DNA from: Candidatus Latescibacterota bacterium
GTDB lineage: Bacteria; Latescibacterota; UBA2968; GCA-2709665
Length of the DNA: 64,000 nucleotides
Assembly: GCA_963662665.2 (NCBI GenBank)
Contig: CAXXJS010000050.1
Span: 32,001-96,000, forward strand
Direction: 5' to 3'
Shown here: in pieces, positions 27,540 to 36,651 of the stretch
Numbering within the stretch: position 1 is the stretch's first letter
How the letters are laid out: each line of letters starts with the position of its first letter
Made by a program: the position numbers and the translations under genes
The notes under the pieces: generated by a model
Seen by the model: only the letters and a program-made list of their open reading frames with translations
What the model was told of the DNA's origin: nothing
Databases searched by the model: none

Positions 27540-29162
27540 ATGACAGGCGCCGACATTCTGATTCAAAACCTCAAGGCCCAGAACGTCCGCTGTATCGTGG
27601 GCATGCCGGGGAACCAGAACATCGACATTTACGACGCTCTCTTGCGGGCCGGCGGGATAGACCACTATCTGATCAGAAACGAACAGGGCGCAACGCTTGT
27701 CGCCAACGGATATGCCCGCGCGTCGGGCGACGTGGGGGTTGCGCTCACCGTTCCCGGCCCCGGCGCCACCAATGCTTCCACGGGGATCGTAGACGCCCAC
27801 ACGGACTGCGTTCCCGTCCTGCTGATCACCGGCGGCACCGAAGTGGCGTTTAACGGACGGGACCGGAGCAAGTGCTTTCACGGCCTGGACCAGGCCGCTT
27901 TCTTCGCGCCGATCACCCGCTTCTTCGCCCGCCCGGAACGCCTCGACGACATCCCCGAAGCCGTTACGGGCGCCTTCTCCGCTCTGCGCGCGCCCAGACC
28001 GGGGCCGGCGGTGATCGAACTGCCCGTGGACGTTGCCGCCGCGGAAGGCCAGGCCGGCATCGCCGAATACGTTAAAGGGATGCGGCCCCCGCCCAACCCG
28101 GCCGACCTCCGTCGCGTCGCCGAAGCGATCGCCCGCATGGAACGGCCGGCCATCCTCACTGGCGGCAATACGGCCGATGCGAACGCGGCCGGTGAACTTC
28201 GGGCATTTTCCGAAGCTCTCAATGCCCCCGTACTCTTCAGCCGGCTCGGCAAGGGCGCCTTTCCCGATTCCCATCCGCTGTCCGCCGGCCACTGCCGCGC
28301 CGGGCTGGCTCAACGCGTCCTTCAACAGGCCGACGGGCTGATTGCCGTGGGCTGCCGATTCACACAGATCGACACCTCCGGATGGACCATGGAACTGCCG
28401 TCCGCGCGCGTGCAACTCGATCCCGACCCGGCCGAACTGGGCCGTGAAATCCCCACAGACGCGGGCGCTGCAGGGGACCTGAAGCAGATGCTGCCCACGC
28501 TCCTGGATGCGTTGAACGTGACGGGAAGACCGGCCAATAACTGGATCGAAATGCTGCATCGATCACGGCGCGAGATCGCCCGTTCCCGCAGGCCGTTGCC
28601 GATCATGTCGGCAATGAGAGACAGTCTGGAACCGGACGCGATCGTGTCCGTGGACGTGACCTCCATCGGCTACAGGTCATTCGACGAATTCCCCGTGGAT
28701 CATCCGCGTTGCTTTATGTACCCCTGCCATTCGGTCACGCTGGGTTTCGCGGCGCCGGCCGCGATAGGCGCGAAACTCGCACAGCCGCACCGGCAGGTGG
28801 CCGCGTTCTGCGGCGACGGCGGATTTCAGATGACCGCGTTCGAACTGGCTACCGCCGCCGAACATGGTATTGAAATCATCTGTGTGGTCATCAACGACGG
28901 CAGCCTGAGCGCGATCAGGGGCGCCCAAGCCAAGGCTTTCAACGGCCGGATCATCGACACGGACATGCAAACGCCCAGAATCGCCGATCTCGCCCGATCC
29001 ATGGGCGCCCGGGGCATCCGCGTGGATGAACCCGATCGCTTCCCCGCCGTTTTCGCCGACGTGATCGGTCTTGAAGGTCCTACCGTTATCGAAGTCGTGA
29101 TGCAGGAACAGCGCGATAGCCTCATCCGGCAGGTGCCGTGGTTGTATCCGGACCAGACGTAG
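27540..29162 (+). CDS. Thiamine pyrophosphate-dependent enzyme (acetolactate synthase-like)
   Basis: RNEQGA..ANGYAR, GPGATN, GDGGFQM..NDG TPP motif. Confidence 0.9.
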   Translation: MTGADILIQNLKAQNVRCIVGMPGNQNIDIYDALLRAGGIDHYLIRNEQGATLVANGYARASGDVGVALTVPGPGATNASTGIVDAHTDCVPVLLITGGTEVAFNGRDRSKCFHGLDQAAFFAPITRFFARPERLDDIPEAVTGAFSALRAPRPGPAVIELPVDVAAAEGQAGIAEYVKGMRPPPNPADLRRVAEAIARMERPAILTGGNTADANAAGELRAFSEALNAPVLFSRLGKGAFPDSHPLSAGHCRAGLAQRVLQQADGLIAVGCRFTQIDTSGWTMELPSARVQLDPDPAELGREIPTDAGAAGDLKQMLPTLLDALNVTGRPANNWIEMLHRSRREIARSRRPLPIMSAMRDSLEPDAIVSVDVTSIGYRSFDEFPVDHPRCFMYPCHSVTLGFAAPAAIGAKLAQPHRQVAAFCGDGGFQMTAFELATAAEHGIEIICVVINDGSLSAIRGAQAKAFNGRIIDTDMQTPRIADLARSMGARGIRVDEPDRFPAVFADVIGLEGPTVIEVVMQEQRDSLIRQVPWLYPDQT

Positions 29163-29191
29163 CGATCCTGATTGCGAGAAAGCGAGGCCCG

Positions 29192-30325
29192 ATGAAAATT
29201 ACAGAGGTTAAAACCTTTCCGGTCTTCTACGGTACACGAAACTACCTTTTCGTCAAGATTGAAACCGATGAGGGTATCTACGGCGTAGGTGAATTCGGGA
29301 TCACTTGGAAGGAGCAGGCCGGCGTTGGCGCCATACGGCACATGGCCTCCGACCTCGTGGGCCGCGACCCACTTAACATAGAACAGATATGGCAGGTCCT
29401 GTTCAGAGGCGATTTCTTCCCGGGCGGGCGCATTCATATGGCCGCGCAGAGCGCAATCGACGTCGCCCTGTGGGACATCAAGGGTAAAGCCCTGGACCAG
29501 CCCGTCTACATGCTGTTGGGGGGCAGACTCCGCGATCGTGTGGTCTGTTATACCGGTATTGGAGGCGGGACGCCCGATGAGTCGGCCCGATCCGCGAAGG
29601 AACGTGTCTCCGAAGGATGGAAATACCTCCGCATGTCGGTCCTCGATCGTGACGGCATCCTTGAACCCTCAACGGCCGTGCGGGATTCGGTAACGCATTT
29701 CGCCGCTGTTCGCGAAGCCGTCGGCCCGGAAGTCGAAATCTGCATCGACGTCCATACCCGGCTGGACCCGCCCGACACCATCCGCCTGGGCCGCAAACTG
29801 GAACCGTACGATCCGTTTTTTATCGAGGATCCTCTGCGATGTGAAAACGCGCAGACCTACCGGCTTGTCCGCAGCCACGTGAACTGTCCGCTTGCCGTGG
29901 GGGAACACTACGCCAACAAGTGGGAATTCCGCCAGCTCATCGAGGAAGAACTGGCCGACTACGCGCGCATCGACCTCTGTATTGTCGGCGGTCTCACCGA
30001 GGCTCGAAAGGTGGCGAACTGGTGCGAGACCCACTACATCAAGATCGTTCCCCACAATCCGCTCGGGCCGGTTTCGGCGGCCGCGTGTCTTCATCTGGAC
30101 GTTGCCACGGACAACTTTGCCGTGCAGGAAGGCGGTCTGGTTGGCCGCACCGTGATGGAGGACCTGTTCCCCGTTCAGGTGCCGTACGAATCCGGTTACC
30201 TGCTGGCGCCGGACCGCCCCGGGCTCGGGGTTGAATTCGACGAAGCCGCGGCCGGAAAATATCCGTTCCGGTGGGGGCACGGTCCGCGCCTTCAGCGGGA
30301 AGACGGGTCGTTCACGAACTGGTAA
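29192..30325 (+). CDS. Mandelate racemase/enolase superfamily dehydratase (galactonate dehydratase-like)
   Basis: SAIDVALWDIKGK, IDVH, FIEDP, GE, PHNP, PGLGVEFDE. Confidence 0.9.
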   Translation: MKITEVKTFPVFYGTRNYLFVKIETDEGIYGVGEFGITWKEQAGVGAIRHMASDLVGRDPLNIEQIWQVLFRGDFFPGGRIHMAAQSAIDVALWDIKGKALDQPVYMLLGGRLRDRVVCYTGIGGGTPDESARSAKERVSEGWKYLRMSVLDRDGILEPSTAVRDSVTHFAAVREAVGPEVEICIDVHTRLDPPDTIRLGRKLEPYDPFFIEDPLRCENAQTYRLVRSHVNCPLAVGEHYANKWEFRQLIEEELADYARIDLCIVGGLTEARKVANWCETHYIKIVPHNPLGPVSAAACLHLDVATDNFAVQEGGLVGRTVMEDLFPVQVPYESGYLLAPDRPGLGVEFDEAAAGKYPFRWGHGPRLQREDGSFTNW

Positions 30326-30553
30326 GCACGCGAATCGAAGCAGGCCGTACGGGGGAGGGGGAATGAGACATGGAGGAGACACCCGACTGAAGGGTCGATC
30401 GAAGACATTGCGAAATCGTTCGGGAATCGTCACCTGATCGCCACGACGACGAAACACCCGGGCATTACCATTATAGCGACCATAGAGTCACTCCTCCCAT
30501 GGAAAGCGCCGTGACAGACCCGCCGCCGCTCCCCATATTTACCTGGGATAGCT

Positions 30554-30597
30554 AAAAAAGAAGGGTTACGCCATTATAGCGTAACCCTCTGTTTTTT
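30554..30597 (-). terminator. Intrinsic (bidirectional) terminator after tRNA-Leu
   Basis: AAAAAAG-AGGGTTACGC-CATTATA-GCGTAACCCT-CTGTTTTTT. Confidence 0.8.
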
Positions 30598-30683
30598 GGT
30601 GCCGAAGCCGAGACTCGAACTCGGACGGGCATGCGCCCACTGCGCCCTCAACACAGCGTGTCTACCATTTCCACCACTTCGGC
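30597..30683 (-). tRNA. tRNA-Leu(GAG)
   Basis: GCCGAAG acceptor stem, D-loop TGGTA, anticodon loop TTGAGGG, long variable arm, GTTCGAG T-loop, encoded CCA; lies downstream of secG as in the common secG-leuU arrangement. Confidence 0.95.
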
Positions 30684-30700
30684 ATCAAAGAACCGACCCT

Positions 30701-31096
30701 CTACCGCACCGTATCTGCCGGCGAAGTTACCGGCGAGGTGCTTTCGGTAGACGTTCCCTGTCCGGTCTGATCCAGCGGCTGAGGCAGACCTCCGGGAATG
30801 CGCTGAAGCGGCACGGGCTGGTCCCGGAGCGCTCGCTCGGCCGCGGTTTCAGGCGCCGTACTGTCACCCCTGGACGTATACCAGAGGCCGATACAGGTAA
30901 GAAAAAATGCCACCGCAAGAACTGTGGTCATCTTGCTGAGAAACGTCGCGGCGCCGGCCCCCCCGAACATCGCGGTGCCGCCGCCGCCGCCGCCAAATGC
31001 TGTGGACAACCCACCCCCCTTGCTGGCCTGCAAGAGAATGGATACGATCAGAACCAGGCAAATCAGAACGTGTACAATCAGAAGAAGCGTTGCCAT
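30701..31096 (-). CDS. secG: Preprotein translocase subunit SecG
   Basis: ILLQASKGGGLSTAFGG, two TM helices, downstream of tpiA. Confidence 0.93.
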   Translation of the reverse strand: MATLLLIVHVLICLVLIVSILLQASKGGGLSTAFGGGGGGTAMFGGAGAATFLSKMTTVLAVAFFLTCIGLWYTSRGDSTAPETAAERALRDQPVPLQRIPGGLPQPLDQTGQGTSTESTSPVTSPADTVR

Positions 31097-31104
31097 ATAG
31101 AATC

Positions 31105-31875
31105 TCAATCCGAAACAGGATAATTAGCCGCTCTTACAATGGACGCGAACGTATCGGGCTCAAGCGAAGCCCCGCCGATCAATCCGCCGTCGATGTCGGG
31201 CCGGGAAAACAGATCGGCGGCATTTTCCGGCTTGACGGATCCCCCGTACTGGATGCGTACCGCCCGCGAGACGGTGTCGTTGAAAAGACCCCGCAGTACC
31301 CGGCGGATTGACGTATGCACGGATTCGGCCTGTTCGGGTGTTGCCGTCAGCCCCGTGCCGATGGCCCACACGGGTTCGTAGGCGACCACGCACCCGGCCG
31401 CCTCCGATGCGGGTACATTACCGAACGCCGCTGTTACCTGTCTCCGCACAACCCGTTCCGTGGACCCGGAACGGCGCTCGTCGATGGTTTCACCGACACA
31501 GACGATCGGTTTCAGCCGGACGCCGAGGGCGGCCCTAAGCCGCTGATTTACAGTTGTATCCGTTTCGCCGAAGTAAGTGCGTCGTTCAGAGTGTCCTAAT
31601 ATAACGTACTCACATCCGCATGTCAACAGCATCCCCGCCGATATCTCTCCTGTAAACGCCCCTTCGTTCTCCCAGTGCAGATTCTGCGCGCCCAACTTCA
31701 CGGAACTGCCCGCCAGTTTTTTACGTACGCGTTCCAGAACCGTAAAGACGGGACACACCACGACCTCCACCCTTGCGATGCCGTCCACAGCATCCACAAT
31801 CCCGCGCGCAAGGTCCTCCGCTTCTCCCGACGCCTTGTGCATCTTCCAGTTTCCCGCCACGACTGGCACTCGCAT
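31105..31875 (-). CDS. tpiA: Triosephosphate isomerase
   Basis: AGNWKMH, GHSERR, AYEPVWAIGTG, YGGSV, LIGGASL. Confidence 0.97.
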   Translation of the reverse strand: MRVPVVAGNWKMHKASGEAEDLARGIVDAVDGIARVEVVVCPVFTVLERVRKKLAGSSVKLGAQNLHWENEGAFTGEISAGMLLTCGCEYVILGHSERRTYFGETDTTVNQRLRAALGVRLKPIVCVGETIDERRSGSTERVVRRQVTAAFGNVPASEAAGCVVAYEPVWAIGTGLTATPEQAESVHTSIRRVLRGLFNDTVSRAVRIQYGGSVKPENAADLFSRPDIDGGLIGGASLEPDTFASIVRAANYPVSD

Positions 31876-31915
31876 CACCATCTCCACACGAAATGACGCA
31901 CTCAAACCGGTTGAT

Positions 31916-33112
31916 TCACGACTGACGCTCCGACAATGCAGCTACGCCCGGCAGCTCTTTGCCTTCCAGGTATTTCAGGAACGCCCCGCCGCCCGTGGAA
32001 ACATGCCCCAACCGGCCCGCAAGACCGCACGTCGTCAATGCCGCTACCGTTTCTCCGCCGCCGGCCAGTGTATTGACGCCTCGTGACGATGCCTTCGCAA
32101 CGGCGTGCGCCAGCGCCTCCGTGCCGGGGGCAAAAGTCGAAATCTCCGACACGCCCATCGGTCCGTTCCACACCACGCATCCGGCGTTCAGGATCTCCTC
32201 CGAATATTTCGTACGCGTTGCAGGGCCGATATCGAACCCTTCCAGGTCCACTGGCATTCTGTCTCGTGGCACAACCTGCACGGCAGCGCCCTCCCGCGCC
32301 ACGGCCGCAACCACGCAGTCGGTGGGCAAAATCAGCCGAACGCCCGCTGAAGCGGCGCGCTGAAGGAGGATTTCCGCCATGCCCACCCTGTCCGCTTCCA
32401 GAAGGGACCGTCCGATCTCCAATCCCATCGCTTTGAAGAACGTGTACGACATACCCCCGCCAATAAGAAGCGTATCAACGAGGGACAGCAAATGCTGGAT
32501 GACGTCGATTTTCCCCGAGATCTTCTTGCCGCCCATAACCGCAACGAACGGCCTGGCGGGCGCCGACAATGCCTTCTCCAGTGAATCCAGTTCCCGCTGC
32601 ATCAGAAACCCCGCCGCGCAGTCCACGAAGTGGTGGGTGACGCCTTCCGTGGACGCGTGCGCCCGGTGAGCCGTTCCGAAGGCGTCGTTCACGAAGGCCG
32701 AACCCAATTCACAGAGCCGCCGGGCGAATTCAGGATCGTTTGCTTCCTCAGCGGCGTGAAACCTCAGATTTTCAAGCAGCACAACGCCATCGGCGCGTTT
32801 TGCAAGCGCCTCCGCCTCCGGACCTGTACTATCCGGGGCCGCCAGGACTTCGCGACCAATCAATTCGCCCAGGCGTACAGCCACGGGCTTCAGGGAAAGT
32901 TCGGGTATAACGCGTCCTTCGGGCCTTCCGAGGTGCGACATCAGAATCGGAACGCCGCCCCGGTCCAGGATGTATTGGATCGTGGGTACAGCAGCCCGTA
33001 TACGCGTGTCGTCCCCGATCTCGCCGTTCTGATGAAGCGGCACGTTGAAATCCACCCGCACCAGCACCCGCCGACCCTCAAGCTCCAGATCCGTAATTGA
33101 AAGTTTCGCCAT
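31916..33112 (-). CDS. pgk: Phosphoglycerate kinase
   Basis: RVDFNVP, SHLGRP, NDAFGTAHRAHAS, STGGGA. Confidence 0.97.
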   Translation of the reverse strand: MAKLSITDLELEGRRVLVRVDFNVPLHQNGEIGDDTRIRAAVPTIQYILDRGGVPILMSHLGRPEGRVIPELSLKPVAVRLGELIGREVLAAPDSTGPEAEALAKRADGVVLLENLRFHAAEEANDPEFARRLCELGSAFVNDAFGTAHRAHASTEGVTHHFVDCAAGFLMQRELDSLEKALSAPARPFVAVMGGKKISGKIDVIQHLLSLVDTLLIGGGMSYTFFKAMGLEIGRSLLEADRVGMAEILLQRAASAGVRLILPTDCVVAAVAREGAAVQVVPRDRMPVDLEGFDIGPATRTKYSEEILNAGCVVWNGPMGVSEISTFAPGTEALAHAVAKASSRGVNTLAGGGETVAALTTCGLAGRLGHVSTGGGAFLKYLEGKELPGVAALSERQS

Positions 33113-33305
33113 ACCACCTTTTCCTGGCGCGGCTATCCGTTCCGGGGTCCATATGACAGGGAGCCGTCACGCGCTCGCATCCTGCGTGGTACGGCTCCCG
33201 GATGCCCGCTAACCGGTACGTTCATCCGATAGCGGTTTTCTGATATGTATTCTTGAGCGACCCCGAGGCGCGTCCTACGTCGGGCGGTCGATTTCCGATG
33301 GAATC

Positions 33306-34319
33306 CTATGGGTTCGCCCATCGGGTCTTATCCAACGCCTCGACGAGGTCCACGCACCGGCAGGAATACCCCCATTCGTTATCGTACCAACCGCACACCT
33401 TTACCATATTCCCGCCCATAACACTTGTCATTTCCGAATCGAACACACAGGAGTGGGGGTTGCCGATTATATCCGCTGAGACGAGGGGCTCGTCCGAATA
33501 TTCCAGAATACCCTTCAGACGATCCTCGGAAGCCGCCTTGAACGCCTCGTTTACCGACTCGGTGGTCGCCGGCGTCCGCAGTGTAGCTACGAAATCCGTG
33601 TAGGAGCCGTTGGGCGTGGGAACCCGCACGGCAATGCCGTCCAGGTTGCCGTTCAGCTCGGGGATCACCTTGCCCACGGCGCTGGCCGCGCCGGTTGTCG
33701 TTGGAATCATGGACACGGCCGCAGACCGCGCCCTGCGCAGGTCCGGGTGCGGCGCATCGATCATGCGCTGGTCGCCGGTATATGAGTGAATGGTTGTCAT
33801 CAGCCCCTTTTCGACTCCGAACGCCTCCTGCAAAACGCTCACCATGGGGGCCAGGCAGTTCGTGGTACAGGAAGCATTGGAGATCACCCTGTCCTGCTCG
33901 GTCAACGTGTCCTGGTTGATGCCCATTACCACCGTAGGCACGTCGCCTCGGGCCGGGGCCGAGATGATCACCCGCCCCGCGCCTGCGTCGAGATGCTTGC
34001 CGGCGCCGTCTCTATCCGTGAAGAAGCCGGTGGACTCGATCACCACGTCCACCCCGAGAGACCGCCACGGCAACATCACAGGGTCGCGTTCGGCCCGTAC
34101 GATGACCTCGCTGCCGTCCACGGCCAGCGATTTGTCCCTGATTTCGACGTGGCCCGGGTATCTCCCGTGTGTGGAGTCGTACTTCAGCAGATGTCCGAGC
34201 GTGCCGGCATCCGTGAGATCGTTCACCGCCACCACGTCGATGCGGGGCCTGCGCATGGCCGCCCGGAAAACCAGCCGGCCTATTCGCCCGAATCCGTTAA
34301 TGGCCACCTTGATCGCCAT
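33306..34319 (-). CDS. gap: Type I glyceraldehyde-3-phosphate dehydrogenase
   Basis: INGFGRIGR, SNASCTTNCL, WYDNEWGYS. Confidence 0.97.
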   Translation of the reverse strand: MAIKVAINGFGRIGRLVFRAAMRRPRIDVVAVNDLTDAGTLGHLLKYDSTHGRYPGHVEIRDKSLAVDGSEVIVRAERDPVMLPWRSLGVDVVIESTGFFTDRDGAGKHLDAGAGRVIISAPARGDVPTVVMGINQDTLTEQDRVISNASCTTNCLAPMVSVLQEAFGVEKGLMTTIHSYTGDQRMIDAPHPDLRRARSAAVSMIPTTTGAASAVGKVIPELNGNLDGIAVRVPTPNGSYTDFVATLRTPATTESVNEAFKAASEDRLKGILEYSDEPLVSADIIGNPHSCVFDSEMTSVMGGNMVKVCGWYDNEWGYSCRCVDLVEALDKTRWANP

Positions 34320-34483
34320 GTTGTCTACCTCCAGGTCAAATATAAACCCGTCGGCCGATCGCCGCCGGGGGATACGATGATGCACCGCGACAACAGATGG
34401 CTAGGAGCGCACGGTACACAATTGCTCGTTGCGCTTTCGGTTGAACCGATGCAACTGACAGCCGTCAACGCGGGATGTCCGGG

Positions 34484-35521
34484 TCAGCCGAAAAAGACCC
34501 TGGCGATATCGTACAGGTTCATGTCCACGGTGCGTAGTTTGGATACCGCGTCTCTTAGCCGAACCGCGACGATATTGGTGCCCCGAAGCGCCACCATATT
34601 GCCGAAATCTCCGGCGTTCACCAGATCGATTGCAGCAATGCCGAAGCGCGTGCCCAGGACCCGATCGAACGCGGTGGGGTTTCCTCCGCGCTGAATGTGC
34701 CCCAGAACGGTCACCCGGGTTTCAAACCCCGTTCGTTTTTCGATTTCGTCGCCAAGGACAATTCCAATCCCGCCCAGGCGGACGTGGCCGAAGGCATCGC
34801 GTTCCTCGGACTGAAGGACGAGAGATTCATCTGACAGATTGGCGCCCTCGGCAACCACCACGATACTGAAGGTCTTGCCGCGGTCGTGGCGTTTCTGGAT
34901 GGAGGCGCACACCATATCCAGCTCCACCGGCTGTTCGGGAATCAGAACCATGTCGGCGCCGCCCGCAATGCCGGCTTCGACGGCTATCCATCCCGCGTGG
35001 CGCCCCATCACCTCCACAACCATCACGCGGTTGTGAGACTCGGCGGTGGTATGCAACCTGTCGATGGCATCGGTGACAATATTGATGGCCGTATCGAAAC
35101 CGAAGGTCTGGTCCGTGCCGTCCAGGTCGTTATCGATGGTCTTGGGCACGCCAATCACGTTCACGCCGTCTTCGTACAGCTTGCTGGCCACGCCGACCGT
35201 GTCGTCTCCCCCGACGGCGATCAACGCATCCAGATCCATCTTCAGAATGTTCTGTTTCACGATCTCGCTGCCGTTTGGCTCGTTATATGGGTTCGTCCTG
35301 GATGTGCCCAGAATGGTGCCTCCCCTGGGCAGAATACCCGAGACCGCATTCAGGTCCAGCGGCATGGAAATCGACTCGAGCATGCCTTTCCAACCCAGCA
35401 TAACGCCAACGATCTCGTATCCGTATGCGTCTATGCCTTTCCGCGTAACCGCGCGTATTACCGCATTCAGCCCGGGACAATCACCTCCGCCGGTTAAAAT
35501 GCCAACACGCCTGTTCGCCAT
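34484..35521 (-). CDS. pfkA: 6-phosphofructokinase (PfkA family, predicted PPi-dependent)
   Basis: GGDCPGLN, GGDDT, PKTIDND, MGRHAGW, LGHIQRGG. Confidence 0.93.
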   Translation of the reverse strand: MANRRVGILTGGGDCPGLNAVIRAVTRKGIDAYGYEIVGVMLGWKGMLESISMPLDLNAVSGILPRGGTILGTSRTNPYNEPNGSEIVKQNILKMDLDALIAVGGDDTVGVASKLYEDGVNVIGVPKTIDNDLDGTDQTFGFDTAINIVTDAIDRLHTTAESHNRVMVVEVMGRHAGWIAVEAGIAGGADMVLIPEQPVELDMVCASIQKRHDRGKTFSIVVVAEGANLSDESLVLQSEERDAFGHVRLGGIGIVLGDEIEKRTGFETRVTVLGHIQRGGNPTAFDRVLGTRFGIAAIDLVNAGDFGNMVALRGTNIVAVRLRDAVSKLRTVDMNLYDIARVFFG

Positions 35522-35690
35522 GGTTGCGCTCCGCGCCAGGTCCGATTTTAACGCATGAAACGTCGTACGGACGGTGTCCGTTTACACGGCATACGATCAG
35601 AAATATAATCCATTCGGAGAGACTGAATTTAAGACATCCCTCCCTTAGTGTCAAGCTGTTTTTTTCGTCAAAGTGTTTGGAATCAACGCG

Positions 35691-36470
35691 TTAGATGAAA
35701 AGATGGGAGCCCGGTCCGTCCGCCCCGGCATTGGGTTTTTCCGCGTCAAAATACGGACAGGCCAGGGCCGCTACGTCGACCACGGAAGCGCCCGCGTCCA
35801 GCAGCGCCCCGGCGCATGAGTTGGCCGTGGCCCCCGTGGTAACCACGTCGTCCACGAGCAGGACCCGGCGGTCCCTGACCGGATCGGTCCGTCGCCCGCG
35901 GAAGGCTCCTTCCATGTTTGCGTCGCGTTCCGTCGAATCCAGGGTCGTCTGTGTCTTCGTGTCTCGTACACGCTTCAACGCCCGCTCCTCGACGGACAGA
36001 TCCAACGTCCGTGCAAGCGCCCGGGCAATCAATACGCTCTGGTTGTAGCCGCGTTCACGCAGCCTGCTGCCGTGAAGGGGTACCGGCACCACGACCGGCC
36101 CGCCCTCCGCGATGGGTTCCCCGGCCAGCATCCGACCCAAAGCGCGGCCAAGCACCTGGCCGGCGACGGTCTGTCCCTGGTATTTCAAATTGTGTACCAG
36201 ACGCTGCACCGATTGATTGAACGGCGTAAGCGCATACATCCGGGAAAAAACGAACGTCTTGTCCGCGCAATTCGCGCAGGGACCGGATTGCCAGGGACAG
36301 CCGCAACGTCCGCATCGCGGACCATGGATGATGCCCAGAGTCTCCCAGCACGCGGGGCATAGCCCGTCAGATTCGTCAAGGGGGGTCCGGCACAGCAGAC
36401 AGTGCGGGGGGTACACGAACCCGAGTACGGATTCCCGGAGGGATTGAAGAATGCGTCTGAATCCGTCCAT
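35691..36470 (-). CDS. comF: ComF family protein (zinc ribbon + PRTase)
   Basis: CxxC pairs, RGYNQS, LLVDDVVTTGAT. Confidence 0.9.
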   Translation of the reverse strand: MDGFRRILQSLRESVLGFVYPPHCLLCRTPLDESDGLCPACWETLGIIHGPRCGRCGCPWQSGPCANCADKTFVFSRMYALTPFNQSVQRLVHNLKYQGQTVAGQVLGRALGRMLAGEPIAEGGPVVVPVPLHGSRLRERGYNQSVLIARALARTLDLSVEERALKRVRDTKTQTTLDSTERDANMEGAFRGRRTDPVRDRRVLLVDDVVTTGATANSCAGALLDAGASVVDVAALACPYFDAEKPNAGADGPGSHLFI

Positions 36471-36651
36471 TTTCACGTCGCAATCACCAGAACGATTAAA
36501 AATGGCTTGCATAACCGCTCTGTTGACAATACATTCCCATCCCGAACGCGATCGTCCGCGCACGGTCTGCGAAACCCGCTCCAAAAGAGCGGTTTCCACC
36601 TCCCCGCAAGTGCACGGCCACGCCCCTTGTGTCCTTTCCCGTTAGACATCC

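Noticed and set aside
30430-30500. 17-aa hydrophobic minus-strand ORF (MVAIMVMPGCFVVVAIR) with a GGAGGAG RBS
   Set aside because: Too short to support without conservation or expression data
30597-30683. tRNA-Leu as a genomic-island attachment site
   Set aside because: No integrase and no duplicated tRNA 3' end seen in the window
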